In this document: positions 41,860 to 50,912 of the stretch, in pieces
Layout of the letters: every line of letters begins with the position of its first letter
Numbering within the stretch: position 1 is the first letter of the stretch
Assembly (NCBI GenBank): GCA_965248435.1
Contig: OZ252100.1
Coordinates: 2,528,001-2,592,000, forward strand
Source of the DNA: Candidatus Latescibacterota bacterium
GTDB lineage: Bacteria > Latescibacterota > UBA2968 > GCA-2709665
Direction of reading: 5' to 3'
Length of the DNA stretch: 64,000 nucleotides
Translations under genes and position numbers: made by a program
Notes under the pieces: model-generated
The model's database searches: none
The model's input: only the letters and a program-made list of their open reading frames with translations
What the model was told of the DNA's origin: nothing

Positions 41860-43383
41860 TCATTTGTATTCGATAACGATCTCTACGTTTTCCAGGTCCA
41901 GTTCTTCCGTCACCTCTTCATTCTTCTTCTTGAGGATCACCTCAACCTCGTTCTCCCCCGTCCGCACCTCGGGGCCCTCCGTCACGTCATACTCGATCCA
42001 TTTGGCGCTTCTCCATCCGCTTGTCGAGTGCCCTCTCGCGTAGCCCCCAGCAGCGTGGGCGATGTGTCCCCAAAAATCGAATTCAGTTTGACCCTGTGAC
42101 AGACTTTCGCCATTCAGCTTCACCTCCAGCTCGTCAGGAGGTGAAACGTTATTGATCCTCAATCGAAGCGTGATCCCCGCCAGGCTCCCGTCCTTCCGAG
42201 CGGCGGCGATGTCGTCGTCCACCAGGCTGAGGATCGTTGCACCCTGTGACAGCTTCAACGGGCAGGGAAGCTGCTTGGGATAAGTGAACTGCGGCAGTTC
42301 TCTGCCCGACCACTCCATACGGCGCGTCACTTGGTATTTCTTGTCTCTGCGCGCCATCATCTCCGGATCGGCCATCTCCTTCAGATGCGGCATCTCGATG
42401 CCTTCCAGATAGTAATAATTGCCCGCGTTGAAGATATGAAGGCCGTCCACGCCGGCCTTCCAATAGTGAGTGGCCACGGCTCGCCACATGTCGACCTCCA
42501 GGAGCGACGGGGAGCGGGGCTCGAAGCCAGCGAACACGAGCGTTTCCGTTCCTTCCGCTGCCTGGACGCACTCCTCGATCGGCATCTCGAACTCGGCGTA
42601 TCGAATGCCCGAAAAGACCGCGATATCCACCCGTCCTTCGCGGATCCAATTCAGGATGTCGATACCGATGCCGTGACAGACCTCTGCGACGGAGGGCACG
42701 CGGACCTCCAGCACAATCGGATGGCCCCGGCGTTCTCCCGCCTCACGGACCAGGTCCTGAATTTCACCGATCCACGCCATCATCAGATCCCGGTTCGCTT
42801 CCACCTCCGCCGCCTTGAACAGCGTGGGCATGCGGTTGAAATCCAGCTCCAGACCGTCCACATCCCAGCGATCCAGCGTCTCGCGAATGATCTCCTTCCG
42901 GTACTCCCGGACCTCAGCGTGGGCGAAGTTCAGGGCGCCCTTCCACCTCGCATCGATCGGGCAGTCTTCGCCGATGTGGAACTCCGGGTGGTCTACCCAG
43001 AACTTCGGATGCCGGTTGCGTGAGCAGTGGTGCACATCGTTCACGCGAATGCCCGCGAAGAAAGCCATCCCCGCTTTACGTGTCGCCGCGACCGTCTCGG
43101 CCGTCGAGTCCACGCCCTGCGCCTCGAAGTTCTCCTTGTGCTTCTTGTGCCGCCACCACGAGAGGTCGGTGTAAGGCGGCTGAGCGCCCTCCCCCACCTC
43201 GTCCTTACTCTCGTTCATGTGATAGACCATGGCGTTCACGTGGGTATTAGCACACCAGCCGACGGACACCTCTAGGAACTGCTCCATGGTCGCGGGAACC
43301 TCGAGGGTCACGAACGGAAACGCCTCATCCACGTGAAACATGAAGTGATGGTGGTCTCTCCCTCCCATGTTAATCTTGTTCAT
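41860..43383 (-). CDS. glycoside hydrolase-like TIM-barrel protein (GHL10-like) of unknown function
   Basis: RVNDVH, FWVDHPE, LNFAHAEVR, DVDGLELDFNR, DGLHIFN. Confidence 0.65.
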   Translation of the reverse strand: MNKINMGGRDHHHFMFHVDEAFPFVTLEVPATMEQFLEVSVGWCANTHVNAMVYHMNESKDEVGEGAQPPYTDLSWWRHKKHKENFEAQGVDSTAETVAATRKAGMAFFAGIRVNDVHHCSRNRHPKFWVDHPEFHIGEDCPIDARWKGALNFAHAEVREYRKEIIRETLDRWDVDGLELDFNRMPTLFKAAEVEANRDLMMAWIGEIQDLVREAGERRGHPIVLEVRVPSVAEVCHGIGIDILNWIREGRVDIAVFSGIRYAEFEMPIEECVQAAEGTETLVFAGFEPRSPSLLEVDMWRAVATHYWKAGVDGLHIFNAGNYYYLEGIEMPHLKEMADPEMMARRDKKYQVTRRMEWSGRELPQFTYPKQLPCPLKLSQGATILSLVDDDIAAARKDGSLAGITLRLRINNVSPPDELEVKLNGESLSQGQTEFDFWGHIAHAAGGYARGHSTSGWRSAKWIEYDVTEGPEVRTGENEVEVILKKKNEEVTEELDLENVEIVIEYK

Positions 43384-44080
43384 TGCCCTGACCTCCTCTC
43401 GTGGTCTGAATATGGGCCTTTTGTTGTCCGGAAAGAACGTGAAGGATCAAGCTGGTGTGTCCCGGAAGATCGGTCATTTGGACGAAAACGGTGAATCCAT
43501 TCTGGGTGAGTTCGTATGCCTCGTCCAGATCCGAGAAAGTCCTCGACAGTGCTTGCCCGAGAAGGGGAAAATCTGTTGAGCAGCAGATAAGAATGTGGAT
43601 CTCTCTGCTCGGATTCGGGTGGGAAAAAGCCTTCAGTCCATCTCTCGAGTGGATGACTGTTTCGGGATCCTCGCCGTGAAACTCCTCATAATAGATCCGT
43701 TCCGCGTACAGATGGAAATGCACCTGCCGTACATCCTGATAGGGTCCGCCGTTCACACCCAGCGAATACTCGCGCCAGCACCTATCGCGGACCATCTGCT
43801 CGGCAACCGCCAGTGTATCCGAAAAGTAGTGAGTCCTATCGTCGGTGAGCAGTTCGGCGAAATTCGAAATCGCTTTTTTGGGAACGATCAGGATATGTTC
43901 TTCGAAGACCGGGCAAGGATGAGAAAAAACGACAACGCGATCGTTTTCAGCGAGTCGGCGAATTGGAAGTAATCCACAGGCGTGCTCAAACGCCAGTCCG
44001 ATCAATCTTCCAAGGAGGGCTTGTCTGGATGTCCATCTCGCGCATCGGAAAAGAAATCTACCAACCATCAAACAAACCAA
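43370..44080 (-). CDS. HIT-domain protein, apparently two tandem HIT-like domains
   Basis: HP.P...HILIVPKK, NGGPYQDVRQVHFHL; second degenerate repeat HPNPSREIHILI...LHVLSG. Confidence 0.65.
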   Translation of the reverse strand: MVCLMVGRFLFRCARWTSRQALLGRLIGLAFEHACGLLPIRRLAENDRVVVFSHPCPVFEEHILIVPKKAISNFAELLTDDRTHYFSDTLAVAEQMVRDRCWREYSLGVNGGPYQDVRQVHFHLYAERIYYEEFHGEDPETVIHSRDGLKAFSHPNPSREIHILICCSTDFPLLGQALSRTFSDLDEAYELTQNGFTVFVQMTDLPGHTSLILHVLSGQQKAHIQTTRGGQGNEQD

Positions 44081-44179
44081 CGGGGCAGTGACAAATGGAT
44101 CGTTAGAGGATGTATCACGGGGCTAGAGCGATGCTGTCATGCCTGCGCAAGCAGGCATCCAGGCACTTGAGCAGCTGAA

Positions 44180-44689
44180 TCATTCAATCTTCTTCCATTT
44201 CTGTTCCTTAGCCGATACGCCCCCCTTCCCGTAGATGTAGAATTCCATCCCCTTCCTTCTCAGAACGATCGCCGTATTCTCATCAACGAGTCTGAAGGAA
44301 AGGCTCGCCCTCAGCCCGTGCAGGGGATCACCCTTCTTCTGGCCGTGCCGCCTGGGATGGTGCGGGGCCAGGCCCAGCCTCTCAATCTCGATGTCTCCAC
44401 TGACCACGACGCCCGTGATTCTGATTGGATTCTTTGTGATGTTCCTGGCCTGGATCCTGACTTCGAGCTCCGTGATCTCTTTCCGCCAGAATCTCGGATC
44501 CGCGCTGCTGCCGATCTCTTCAGCGGTCGTGTAGGTGAAACGTGAGCTATTCCTATCTCCGAACACGAGGTAGCGCTCGTGCAGTCCCTCTTCATCCTCC
44601 CACGAGGTTCTCCACCTCGTATGCTGGACGAGGCTGAATGGGTCCGGTTCTTCCTTAGAGTCGTTTTTTATGTTTTCTTCGGCAGCCAA
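44180..44689 (-). CDS. hypothetical protein
   Basis: 169-aa ORF with natural composition and RBS aaggac; no family recognised. Confidence 0.5.
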   Translation of the reverse strand: MAAEENIKNDSKEEPDPFSLVQHTRWRTSWEDEEGLHERYLVFGDRNSSRFTYTTAEEIGSSADPRFWRKEITELEVRIQARNITKNPIRITGVVVSGDIEIERLGLAPHHPRRHGQKKGDPLHGLRASLSFRLVDENTAIVLRRKGMEFYIYGKGGVSAKEQKWKKIE

Positions 44690-44727
44690 GGGTCTGTCCT
44701 TCGTACGAGTAACAACAGTAAGCTAAT

Positions 44728-44907
44728 ATGAGACTTGTAGCGGAACAACCAAAAGTCTGGCGGGCCCTCAGCACACGGTTGCCTGGGCGGTTTCGAGAGG
44801 ACCCCGCAGACCGGATGATCGTCGCCACTGCTATGGCCGGCGACATTCCGCTTGTCACGAAAGACCAGCACATCCGGCGCTACCGCTACGTTCAGACGAT
44901 ATGGTGA
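44728..44907 (+). pseudogene. C-terminal remnant of a PIN-domain (VapC-like) toxin
   Basis: Manual translation: ...RLPGRFREDPADRMIVATAMAGDIPLVTKDQHIRRYRYVQTIW; no N-terminal LLDT motif or antitoxin. Confidence 0.7.
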
Positions 44908-45006
44908 GCACTCGGCGTATATCAACTGGAAAAGGGTTACTGAAATCTCTCAGTAACCCCTCTCCGTGCGATCCCGTCTGTGAACCCCTATTCCCACTCT
45001 CTATTG

Positions 45007-47091
45007 CTATGCGCGTCCCACTTCCACCAGGGCATCGTGAAAGTCTCCTCCACCGCCCATATCACTCAACCCATCTGGCGTCAGCGCGTTAGCCGATGAC
45101 CCTCCGGGACTGAGCGACGCCCACCAGCCCGACGGCATCGAGACCACGCCGGGCCTGATCCGACTCGCCACTCTCGCCTTGATCTGAACTTTACCCCGAT
45201 CGTTGTATACGCTCACCTCATCCCCATCACGGATCCCTCGTGGCGCCGCGTCCTCGGGATGCATATCGAGCAGCGGCTCCTGTTCGGCTCTCAGGTAACG
45301 CGGCAGGTTGGCATACGTAGAATTCAGAAAGTGGAGTGCCGATTTGGCCGTAATCAGCATTAGCGGATACCGGGCCGCCAGCGCTGGACTGCCTGCTGGA
45401 CTCTCCGGCGGCGGGATGTAGGCCGGAAGCGGATCCACTCCCTGCGCGGTCAGACTCTCATTGTAGAACTCGCACTTTTCCGAGGGGGTGTGAAATCCCC
45501 CGCTGGCGAACGGGAGCCACGGTCTGGGCAGTTCCAGTTTAGCCCATCCCTCCTCCACCAGTCGATCGAACGTAATTCCTTCAAGGTAAGGATGATCACT
45601 GTCGAGAGCGGCACGGATCATATCCTCATCCGAATTCCTGAAATACGGCTCGTCGAATCCCATACGGCGGGCAAGCTCTCGGAAGAATTCCGTATTCGGC
45701 TTCGATTCACCCAATGGAGCGATCGCCGGACGATTCAGCGTCAAATAGGTGTGACCCCACGACCAGAGCATGTCCCAGTGTTCGATCTGAGTCGTCGCCG
45801 GAAAAACGTAGTCCGCGTACCGAGCCGTATCTGTCATAAAATGCTCGACGACCACCGTGAAGAGATTCTCCCGGGCAAACCCTTCCAGAACCCGGTTCTG
45901 GTTCGGCGTGATCGCCGCCGGGTTGCTGTTGTAAACGATCAGACTCCGGATCGGGGGATCCAGTTCGGGATCGGTCAACGCCTGGCCCAGCTGCGCCATG
46001 TTCACGATTCGAATCGTCTGATCTTCGAGCTCCGGCATGCGCAGTCGATCCAGATTCAGCGCTTCATAGAAATACGCGGACGTCGCCCGAAACAGTCCCC
46101 CGCCCAGGTCCCGCCAGGCCCCTACCAGGGCCGGCAAACAGGCGATGCTCCGGAAGATCATTGCCCCGTTGCCGTGGTGCTCCATGCCCAGAAGGGGGCG
46201 GATCAGTGAAGGGCGGGTCGTTGCGTAGGCCCTGGCGAGCTCGACCACCTCGTCTGCATCCAGACCGGTCAATTCGTCTGCTCGTTCGGGTGGATACTCG
46301 TCGAGACGCTTTCGAAGTCGATCGAACCCGAGCGTATGCTGGTCTACATACGCCTGATCGTGCAGACCCTCCTTGACAATCACGTGCATCATCCCGAGCG
46401 CCAGTGCGGTATCCGTTCCGGGCAGCGGCCGGACGTGCCAGTCCGCCTCTCTCGCCGTGCGCGTCTCCATCGGGTCGATCACCACGATCCTGGCACCCGC
46501 CTCACGGGCCTGAGTGATGAACGGCCACAGGTGGAGATTCGTCACGATCGTGTTCGTGCCCCAGAGCACGATAAACCGGCTGTGAACGATGTCTTCAGGC
46601 AGCACACCGGTCCCCGATCCCAGGGTCGCTTCAAGCCCCGAGGCACCGGCCCTGCCGCAGATCGCGCGTTCCAGCCGGGTCGCGCCGAGCCGCGCGAAAA
46701 ACCGGCGGTCCATCGAATCGCCCTGGACCATCCCCTGCGTGCCCAGGTAGCTGTAAGGCAGGATGGCCGTCGGCCCATCCTCGTCGATAATCTGCTGCAG
46801 GCGAACGGAAACATCGCGCAGCGCTTCATCCCAACCCACGCGCTCGAACCGGTTCTCTCCCTTGGGTCCAACGCGGCGCATCGGATAGAGCAATCGGTCG
46901 GGACTGTAGGTGCGTTCCAGGTAATGATTGACCTTCGCACAGAGCCCGCCCCGCGTGAACGGATGCGTGGCATCCCCAACCATCTCGATCGCCCGCCCGT
47001 CCTCGACCGTGACTTCCCACGCGCACGTGTCTGGACAATCGTGCGGGCACGCGCCGCGTATGATCTTTGGTGAAGAATCCGGCTGAGTCAT
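45007..47091 (-). CDS. molybdopterin (bis-MGD) oxidoreductase family protein
   Basis: CPHDCPDTC...GGLCAK Fe-S motif, PGTDTALALG, TDTARYADYVFPAT, HFLNST, MHPEDA; RBS ggag before ATG 47091. Confidence 0.92.
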   Translation of the reverse strand: MTQPDSSPKIIRGACPHDCPDTCAWEVTVEDGRAIEMVGDATHPFTRGGLCAKVNHYLERTYSPDRLLYPMRRVGPKGENRFERVGWDEALRDVSVRLQQIIDEDGPTAILPYSYLGTQGMVQGDSMDRRFFARLGATRLERAICGRAGASGLEATLGSGTGVLPEDIVHSRFIVLWGTNTIVTNLHLWPFITQAREAGARIVVIDPMETRTAREADWHVRPLPGTDTALALGMMHVIVKEGLHDQAYVDQHTLGFDRLRKRLDEYPPERADELTGLDADEVVELARAYATTRPSLIRPLLGMEHHGNGAMIFRSIACLPALVGAWRDLGGGLFRATSAYFYEALNLDRLRMPELEDQTIRIVNMAQLGQALTDPELDPPIRSLIVYNSNPAAITPNQNRVLEGFARENLFTVVVEHFMTDTARYADYVFPATTQIEHWDMLWSWGHTYLTLNRPAIAPLGESKPNTEFFRELARRMGFDEPYFRNSDEDMIRAALDSDHPYLEGITFDRLVEEGWAKLELPRPWLPFASGGFHTPSEKCEFYNESLTAQGVDPLPAYIPPPESPAGSPALAARYPLMLITAKSALHFLNSTYANLPRYLRAEQEPLLDMHPEDAAPRGIRDGDEVSVYNDRGKVQIKARVASRIRPGVVSMPSGWWASLSPGGSSANALTPDGLSDMGGGGDFHDALVEVGRA

Positions 47092-47205
47092 GAAATCTCC
47101 TGGAGCTGAGTCCTGCCGCAGACTTGCCCGAATCCCGGTCAATATACAAAGCTTCGCGGGCTTCGTCTACACGGACGGCCCGAAGTCCAATAGCTCAAAG
47201 GCATC

Positions 47206-47530
47206 GGGGCCGCGGTGTGCGAGTTCCTTGCAGCCAGCGCCTTTCTCCTCCCAATGGGTTGGGGCCCTCTGTGGGACCGGGTGAAGTGCGGGGGCGGTGG
47301 CGCGGGCGAATGGAAATTCGCGGGGCGGGGGCGGGTCCCACAGCGGGCATCAGGCGGGGGGAGGAGTCCAACCTTTTGCTGAGCCCGCCCCTTCCACCGA
47401 GGGTGAGGTGCCGCGGCCCAAGCCCCCGCGGCGTCTGAGCGGCGCCCTTCTTTTGTCCTCGGGCGCGGCACGCCGCGCCCCTGCTGCGAAATCTTGGAGT
47501 GTAGGGGCACAGCCGCGCTGAGCCCAAGGG
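47206..47530 (+). other. highly structured G-rich intergenic element (nested stems plus REP-like doublet)
   Basis: gggccgcgg/ccgcggccc, ctcctccc/gggaggag, ctgtgggacc/ggtcccacag, gcgaat-ggaa-attcgc nested; gggcgcggc-ac-gccgcgccc hairpin at 47461. Confidence 0.55.
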
Positions 47531-47563
47531 TGGCGGTTGCGGTAGGCCTTTTCTTGTGGCGAG

Positions 47564-47601
47564 ACAAGAAAAGGGGGCTGCGAGATTCCCACGCAACCCC
47601 C
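47564..47601 (-). terminator. intrinsic terminator of the YccA-family gene
   Basis: Minus strand gggggttgcg...cgcagccccc followed by ttttcttgt. Confidence 0.65.
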
Positions 47602-47632
47602 GATGGCTCACCTGACGATCAGATCTTGTCGA

Positions 47633-48334
47633 TCAGTCTCTTGAGCTCACAATTCTGAGCACGAACCAGAACATCAACGCCACCGAAGCGAACAGTTCCA
47701 GCGCGGCGCCCACGTGACAGTCCTCGGGAAAGTCGTAAATGATCCGCTGCGTATCATACAGGATGGCCGCGCCCGCGAGCCCCACCATCGCGACAGAGAA
47801 CCACGTGCCTAGAGACAACCCGAACATCACGCCGCCCACGATGGCCAGGAGCGCGAGGATCCCGCCCCAGCGGAGCAGTCCGCCCAGAAACGAGAAGTCC
47901 TTCTTGGTCCAGAACGCGATGCCGGTCAGCGCGCCGAATCCCAGCAGGGTGATCGTGCCCGCGCTCTGAATGGCCCCCGGGGCGTAATGACTCGCCATGA
48001 AGAGCATCGGCACGAAAATAATCGCTTGGGCCAACACGAATCCGGCAAGCGCCAGGTACTGGCTGGCCACCGAAGTCGCGGAATAGGCCACCTTCCTTGC
48101 CATCCAGCTCACCAGGATGAAGCCACCCAGAACGAACAGCCAGTTCACGCCCAGCATGCTCTCCGCCAGGGTCTGAGCGATTCCGCTGTTGAACAGAAAC
48201 CACTCGATCAGAATGAAAAGGAGAATGGAGCCAAACAGATGGTTGTAGGTGCGAACGAGAAACCCCTCTCGAGACACATCCCGCGTGGTCTCTCGGGCGA
48301 TCGTCTGTGAGCCGGCTGCATAACGCTCATCCAT
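47633..48334 (-). CDS. Bax inhibitor-1/YccA family membrane protein
   Basis: FLVRTYNHL, KKDFSFLG, ILYDTQRI, ALELFASV; about seven hydrophobic segments; RBS aaggaggt. Confidence 0.9.
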   Translation of the reverse strand: MDERYAAGSQTIARETTRDVSREGFLVRTYNHLFGSILLFILIEWFLFNSGIAQTLAESMLGVNWLFVLGGFILVSWMARKVAYSATSVASQYLALAGFVLAQAIIFVPMLFMASHYAPGAIQSAGTITLLGFGALTGIAFWTKKDFSFLGGLLRWGGILALLAIVGGVMFGLSLGTWFSVAMVGLAGAAILYDTQRIIYDFPEDCHVGAALELFASVALMFWFVLRIVSSRD

Positions 48335-48491
48335 AAAAGACCTCCTTCAGAAGCCAGTAACGAACTGTCTGGAATACAGTTAACATAAGGGATAGTGGCA
48401 ATTCAATCAAGGGAAGTTGGAAGATCTGTCGCGCACCTTCGTGTCATTTCGTGATCCAGCTTTACGATCCGACGATTCACGATCCACGGCC

Positions 48492-49664
48492 TCACTCCAC
48501 CGTCGCCACCGTCGGTGCACGAGTCAGCCGCTCCGGCCGATCAACCGTGATGATATAATCGTCCTCGAGATGCATGCCTCCCAAACCTGGAACGGTAAAC
48601 ATAACCTCAATCGCGACGGTCATCCCCTCAGCGAACTGCAGATCCAGCGTCCCCTGAGGGAGGGTCCCCCGCTTCGCGATCGGTGCGAGAAAGACCGGAT
48701 AAAAGGAAGGGAACAGACCGATCATATGTCCGGCCCCAACGCAGAACGGCTCATACCGGGAGCCTTTTACCACGCCTGCAGCGGCATCCATCACCTCTCG
48801 TACGGTGACACCGTTCCCAAGGGTTGAGACAGCGGCCGCCAGCGTTTCCTCCGCCAGCTTGAAGACATCCAGCTGCGCCTGACTTGCCTTTCCGTAAACG
48901 AACGACCTTGCGATGTCCGTAGCATAGCCCCGGTAAACCGGCGTCAAATCCATCCACAGGAGATCCCCGCTGCGGATTTCCCTGTCTGCGGGTGAATTCG
49001 GCCATTGCTCCGCCTCCGGACCGCTTGAAATGACGCTCGGATGCCAGACGCAGTCCGCGCCCTGCATTCTCATCTCGCTCTCGGCAAGGATCGACAACTC
49101 CCGCTCTGTGATGCCTTCGCAAACCGCGTCCATCACCTTTTCCACACCGCTGTCCACGATCTCTCCGGCCTTCCTCATGAGGTCCAGTTCCCGGTTGTCC
49201 AGGACCTTCCTCGACATCTCGAGGTCCAGGGAGACATCTTCAACCTGACAGCCCAACCCCGCAAGCGCACTCACGACAGAGGAGGACAGGTGACCGCAAT
49301 CGACGCCGACCTTGACCGCATCGAGCCCCGTCAGCGATCTGATCCCTTCGACCGCAAAATAAGCAAACTCCTCCGGCGCGTGCAGAAACGGCCCCCTGCG
49401 AGACCGCATCGGCTCGACCCTGTCGATCCAGGTCTTCGCCTTCGCTCGCTCGGCATCCTCAGCGCTCACCCAGACGCCGCATTCATCCTCGGTGAAGACG
49501 AGGAAGCACCAGGGAAAGAGTCCCAGAAGATCCGAAACATAGGTGAAATTGTAATTGTGCCGGACTGGAAGGAACGCCCCGAAATTCGCGAGAAGAATCG
49601 CATCCACATTTCTGGAGGAGAGAACGCTCCGGAAGTTTGCAAGATGTTTCTCAAAGTAGTTCAT
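48492..49664 (-). CDS. M24 family (Xaa-Pro) peptidase
   Basis: GITEREL, metal ligands WMDL, YATDIAR, GHMIG, IE, LEDD. Confidence 0.85.
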   Translation of the reverse strand: MNYFEKHLANFRSVLSSRNVDAILLANFGAFLPVRHNYNFTYVSDLLGLFPWCFLVFTEDECGVWVSAEDAERAKAKTWIDRVEPMRSRRGPFLHAPEEFAYFAVEGIRSLTGLDAVKVGVDCGHLSSSVVSALAGLGCQVEDVSLDLEMSRKVLDNRELDLMRKAGEIVDSGVEKVMDAVCEGITERELSILAESEMRMQGADCVWHPSVISSGPEAEQWPNSPADREIRSGDLLWMDLTPVYRGYATDIARSFVYGKASQAQLDVFKLAEETLAAAVSTLGNGVTVREVMDAAAGVVKGSRYEPFCVGAGHMIGLFPSFYPVFLAPIAKRGTLPQGTLDLQFAEGMTVAIEVMFTVPGLGGMHLEDDYIITVDRPERLTRAPTVATVE

Positions 49665-49711
49665 CTCAAGTTCCTTTCTCTTCAGTCTGTTTACGTCAAG
49701 CGCCGATGGCC

Positions 49712-50575
49712 TTAAACCTCCCGCTGTGCCTCCTGAGATGGCGCGGTAAAGCCATCGCTGTACTCCCCTCGCTCCTTCATCCGCAGATATTCCCGTTCCC
49801 AGGGCGACTCCCTCAGGCGGTTGCGGCCGTTGCGGACATCGAACGGCATGTCGAAGGACTCCGGATAATGGCTGTAGATCATGATCCGACGAGGTCTGCC
49901 CGAAATGTTCGGCCTGGAGTTGTGCACCACCAGCACATGAAAAATGGCGATCGAACCGGCCGGCGCGATCATGTCCATCCCACCTTCGAAGTCGATCAGG
50001 CCCTCCTTGACCTGCAAACCGTTCTCCATCCGTTCGTGCTCCAGGTGCTGCTTGTGACTCCCGGGCCAGATGCGCAGGGGACCGCTCTCCTCGGTCACGT
50101 CGTCCAGGAAAAACGCTGAAGACAGAATGCTCTGGGGATAGTTCTGGGACTTGTAGTATGCCCAGTCGTTGTGAACAGGGAAGTAGTCATCCATCTCTTT
50201 GATCGGCAGGCCTTCGATCTTCTCAGCCAACGGCTGCTTGTAGTTCAGTTTTTCCTCCATCGAAATCGGCTCATCACCCATAATCTCGCGCATCGGTCCG
50301 ATCAGGCGTTCGTCTTCAGCAATTCGAGTGAAGGCGAGGGACAGGTCGTTGATCGGCTGAATCTTTCGAACGATCTGCTCCCCGCGCGAGTTGATCCGCC
50401 AATCCATCCTGCCGCTCTTGCGTCCGTGCGCCAGCGAAGAATTCATGATATGCTCGAGGATATAATCCGCCTCCCGCTGCATGCGGATGACCTCCTGCCT
50501 GTCAAATACACGCTCGAGGAGCAGATAGCCGTGTTCCTCGAAAAAGTCCAGTTGTTCCTGATCCAAAATGTTCAT
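49712..50575 (-). CDS. phytanoyl-CoA dioxygenase (PhyH/EctD-like) family protein
   Basis: FFEEHGYL, HND (HxD), GPLRIWPGSH, VHNS..N. Confidence 0.88.
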   Translation of the reverse strand: MNILDQEQLDFFEEHGYLLLERVFDRQEVIRMQREADYILEHIMNSSLAHGRKSGRMDWRINSRGEQIVRKIQPINDLSLAFTRIAEDERLIGPMREIMGDEPISMEEKLNYKQPLAEKIEGLPIKEMDDYFPVHNDWAYYKSQNYPQSILSSAFFLDDVTEESGPLRIWPGSHKQHLEHERMENGLQVKEGLIDFEGGMDMIAPAGSIAIFHVLVVHNSRPNISGRPRRIMIYSHYPESFDMPFDVRNGRNRLRESPWEREYLRMKERGEYSDGFTAPSQEAQREV

Positions 50576-50600
50576 ACAACCCTCCATGCATCACCAGAAT

Positions 50601-50694
50601 CCCCTCCCGGGAGGGGTGCCCCGCTTCGCATCTCTGCGGCGTGTCCTAAGCAGGGCGTACGAATTAAGCCGGGGCGGGGTGGGTCAAGAAGCCC
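50601..50694. repeat. palindromic intergenic element (cccctcccgggagggg ... ggggcggggtgggt)
   Basis: Perfect 16-nt palindrome followed by an imperfect gccccgc...gcggg-type hairpin. Confidence 0.5.
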
Positions 50695-50912
50695 CTCAGG
50701 ACCTGACCGCTTCATCGCCCGAAATATCCAATATTCAGGGAAAGGCGGCTACAGCTCGCGCTGATCCATCCCTTGATTATTGGATATTATTGATTATTGC
50801 CTTCTCTCTGGTGAACAAGTCCCCTCCAAGGAAGGGACTGGCCAACAACTGAGCCTGTGCGCCCTCCCCGACCATGCACACGTTCATGGGCTTTCCTCCT
50901 AAGTCTCTCCAT

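Noticed and set aside
47350-47375. RNase P RNA (gaggagtcc resembles GAGGAAAGTCC)
   Set aside because: The motif is imperfect and the conserved 3' P4 partner sequence is absent.
47139-47611. Protein-coding ORFs of 74-142 aa
   Set aside because: Overlapping Pro/Arg/Gly-rich frames on both strands, as expected by chance in GC-rich palindromic DNA.
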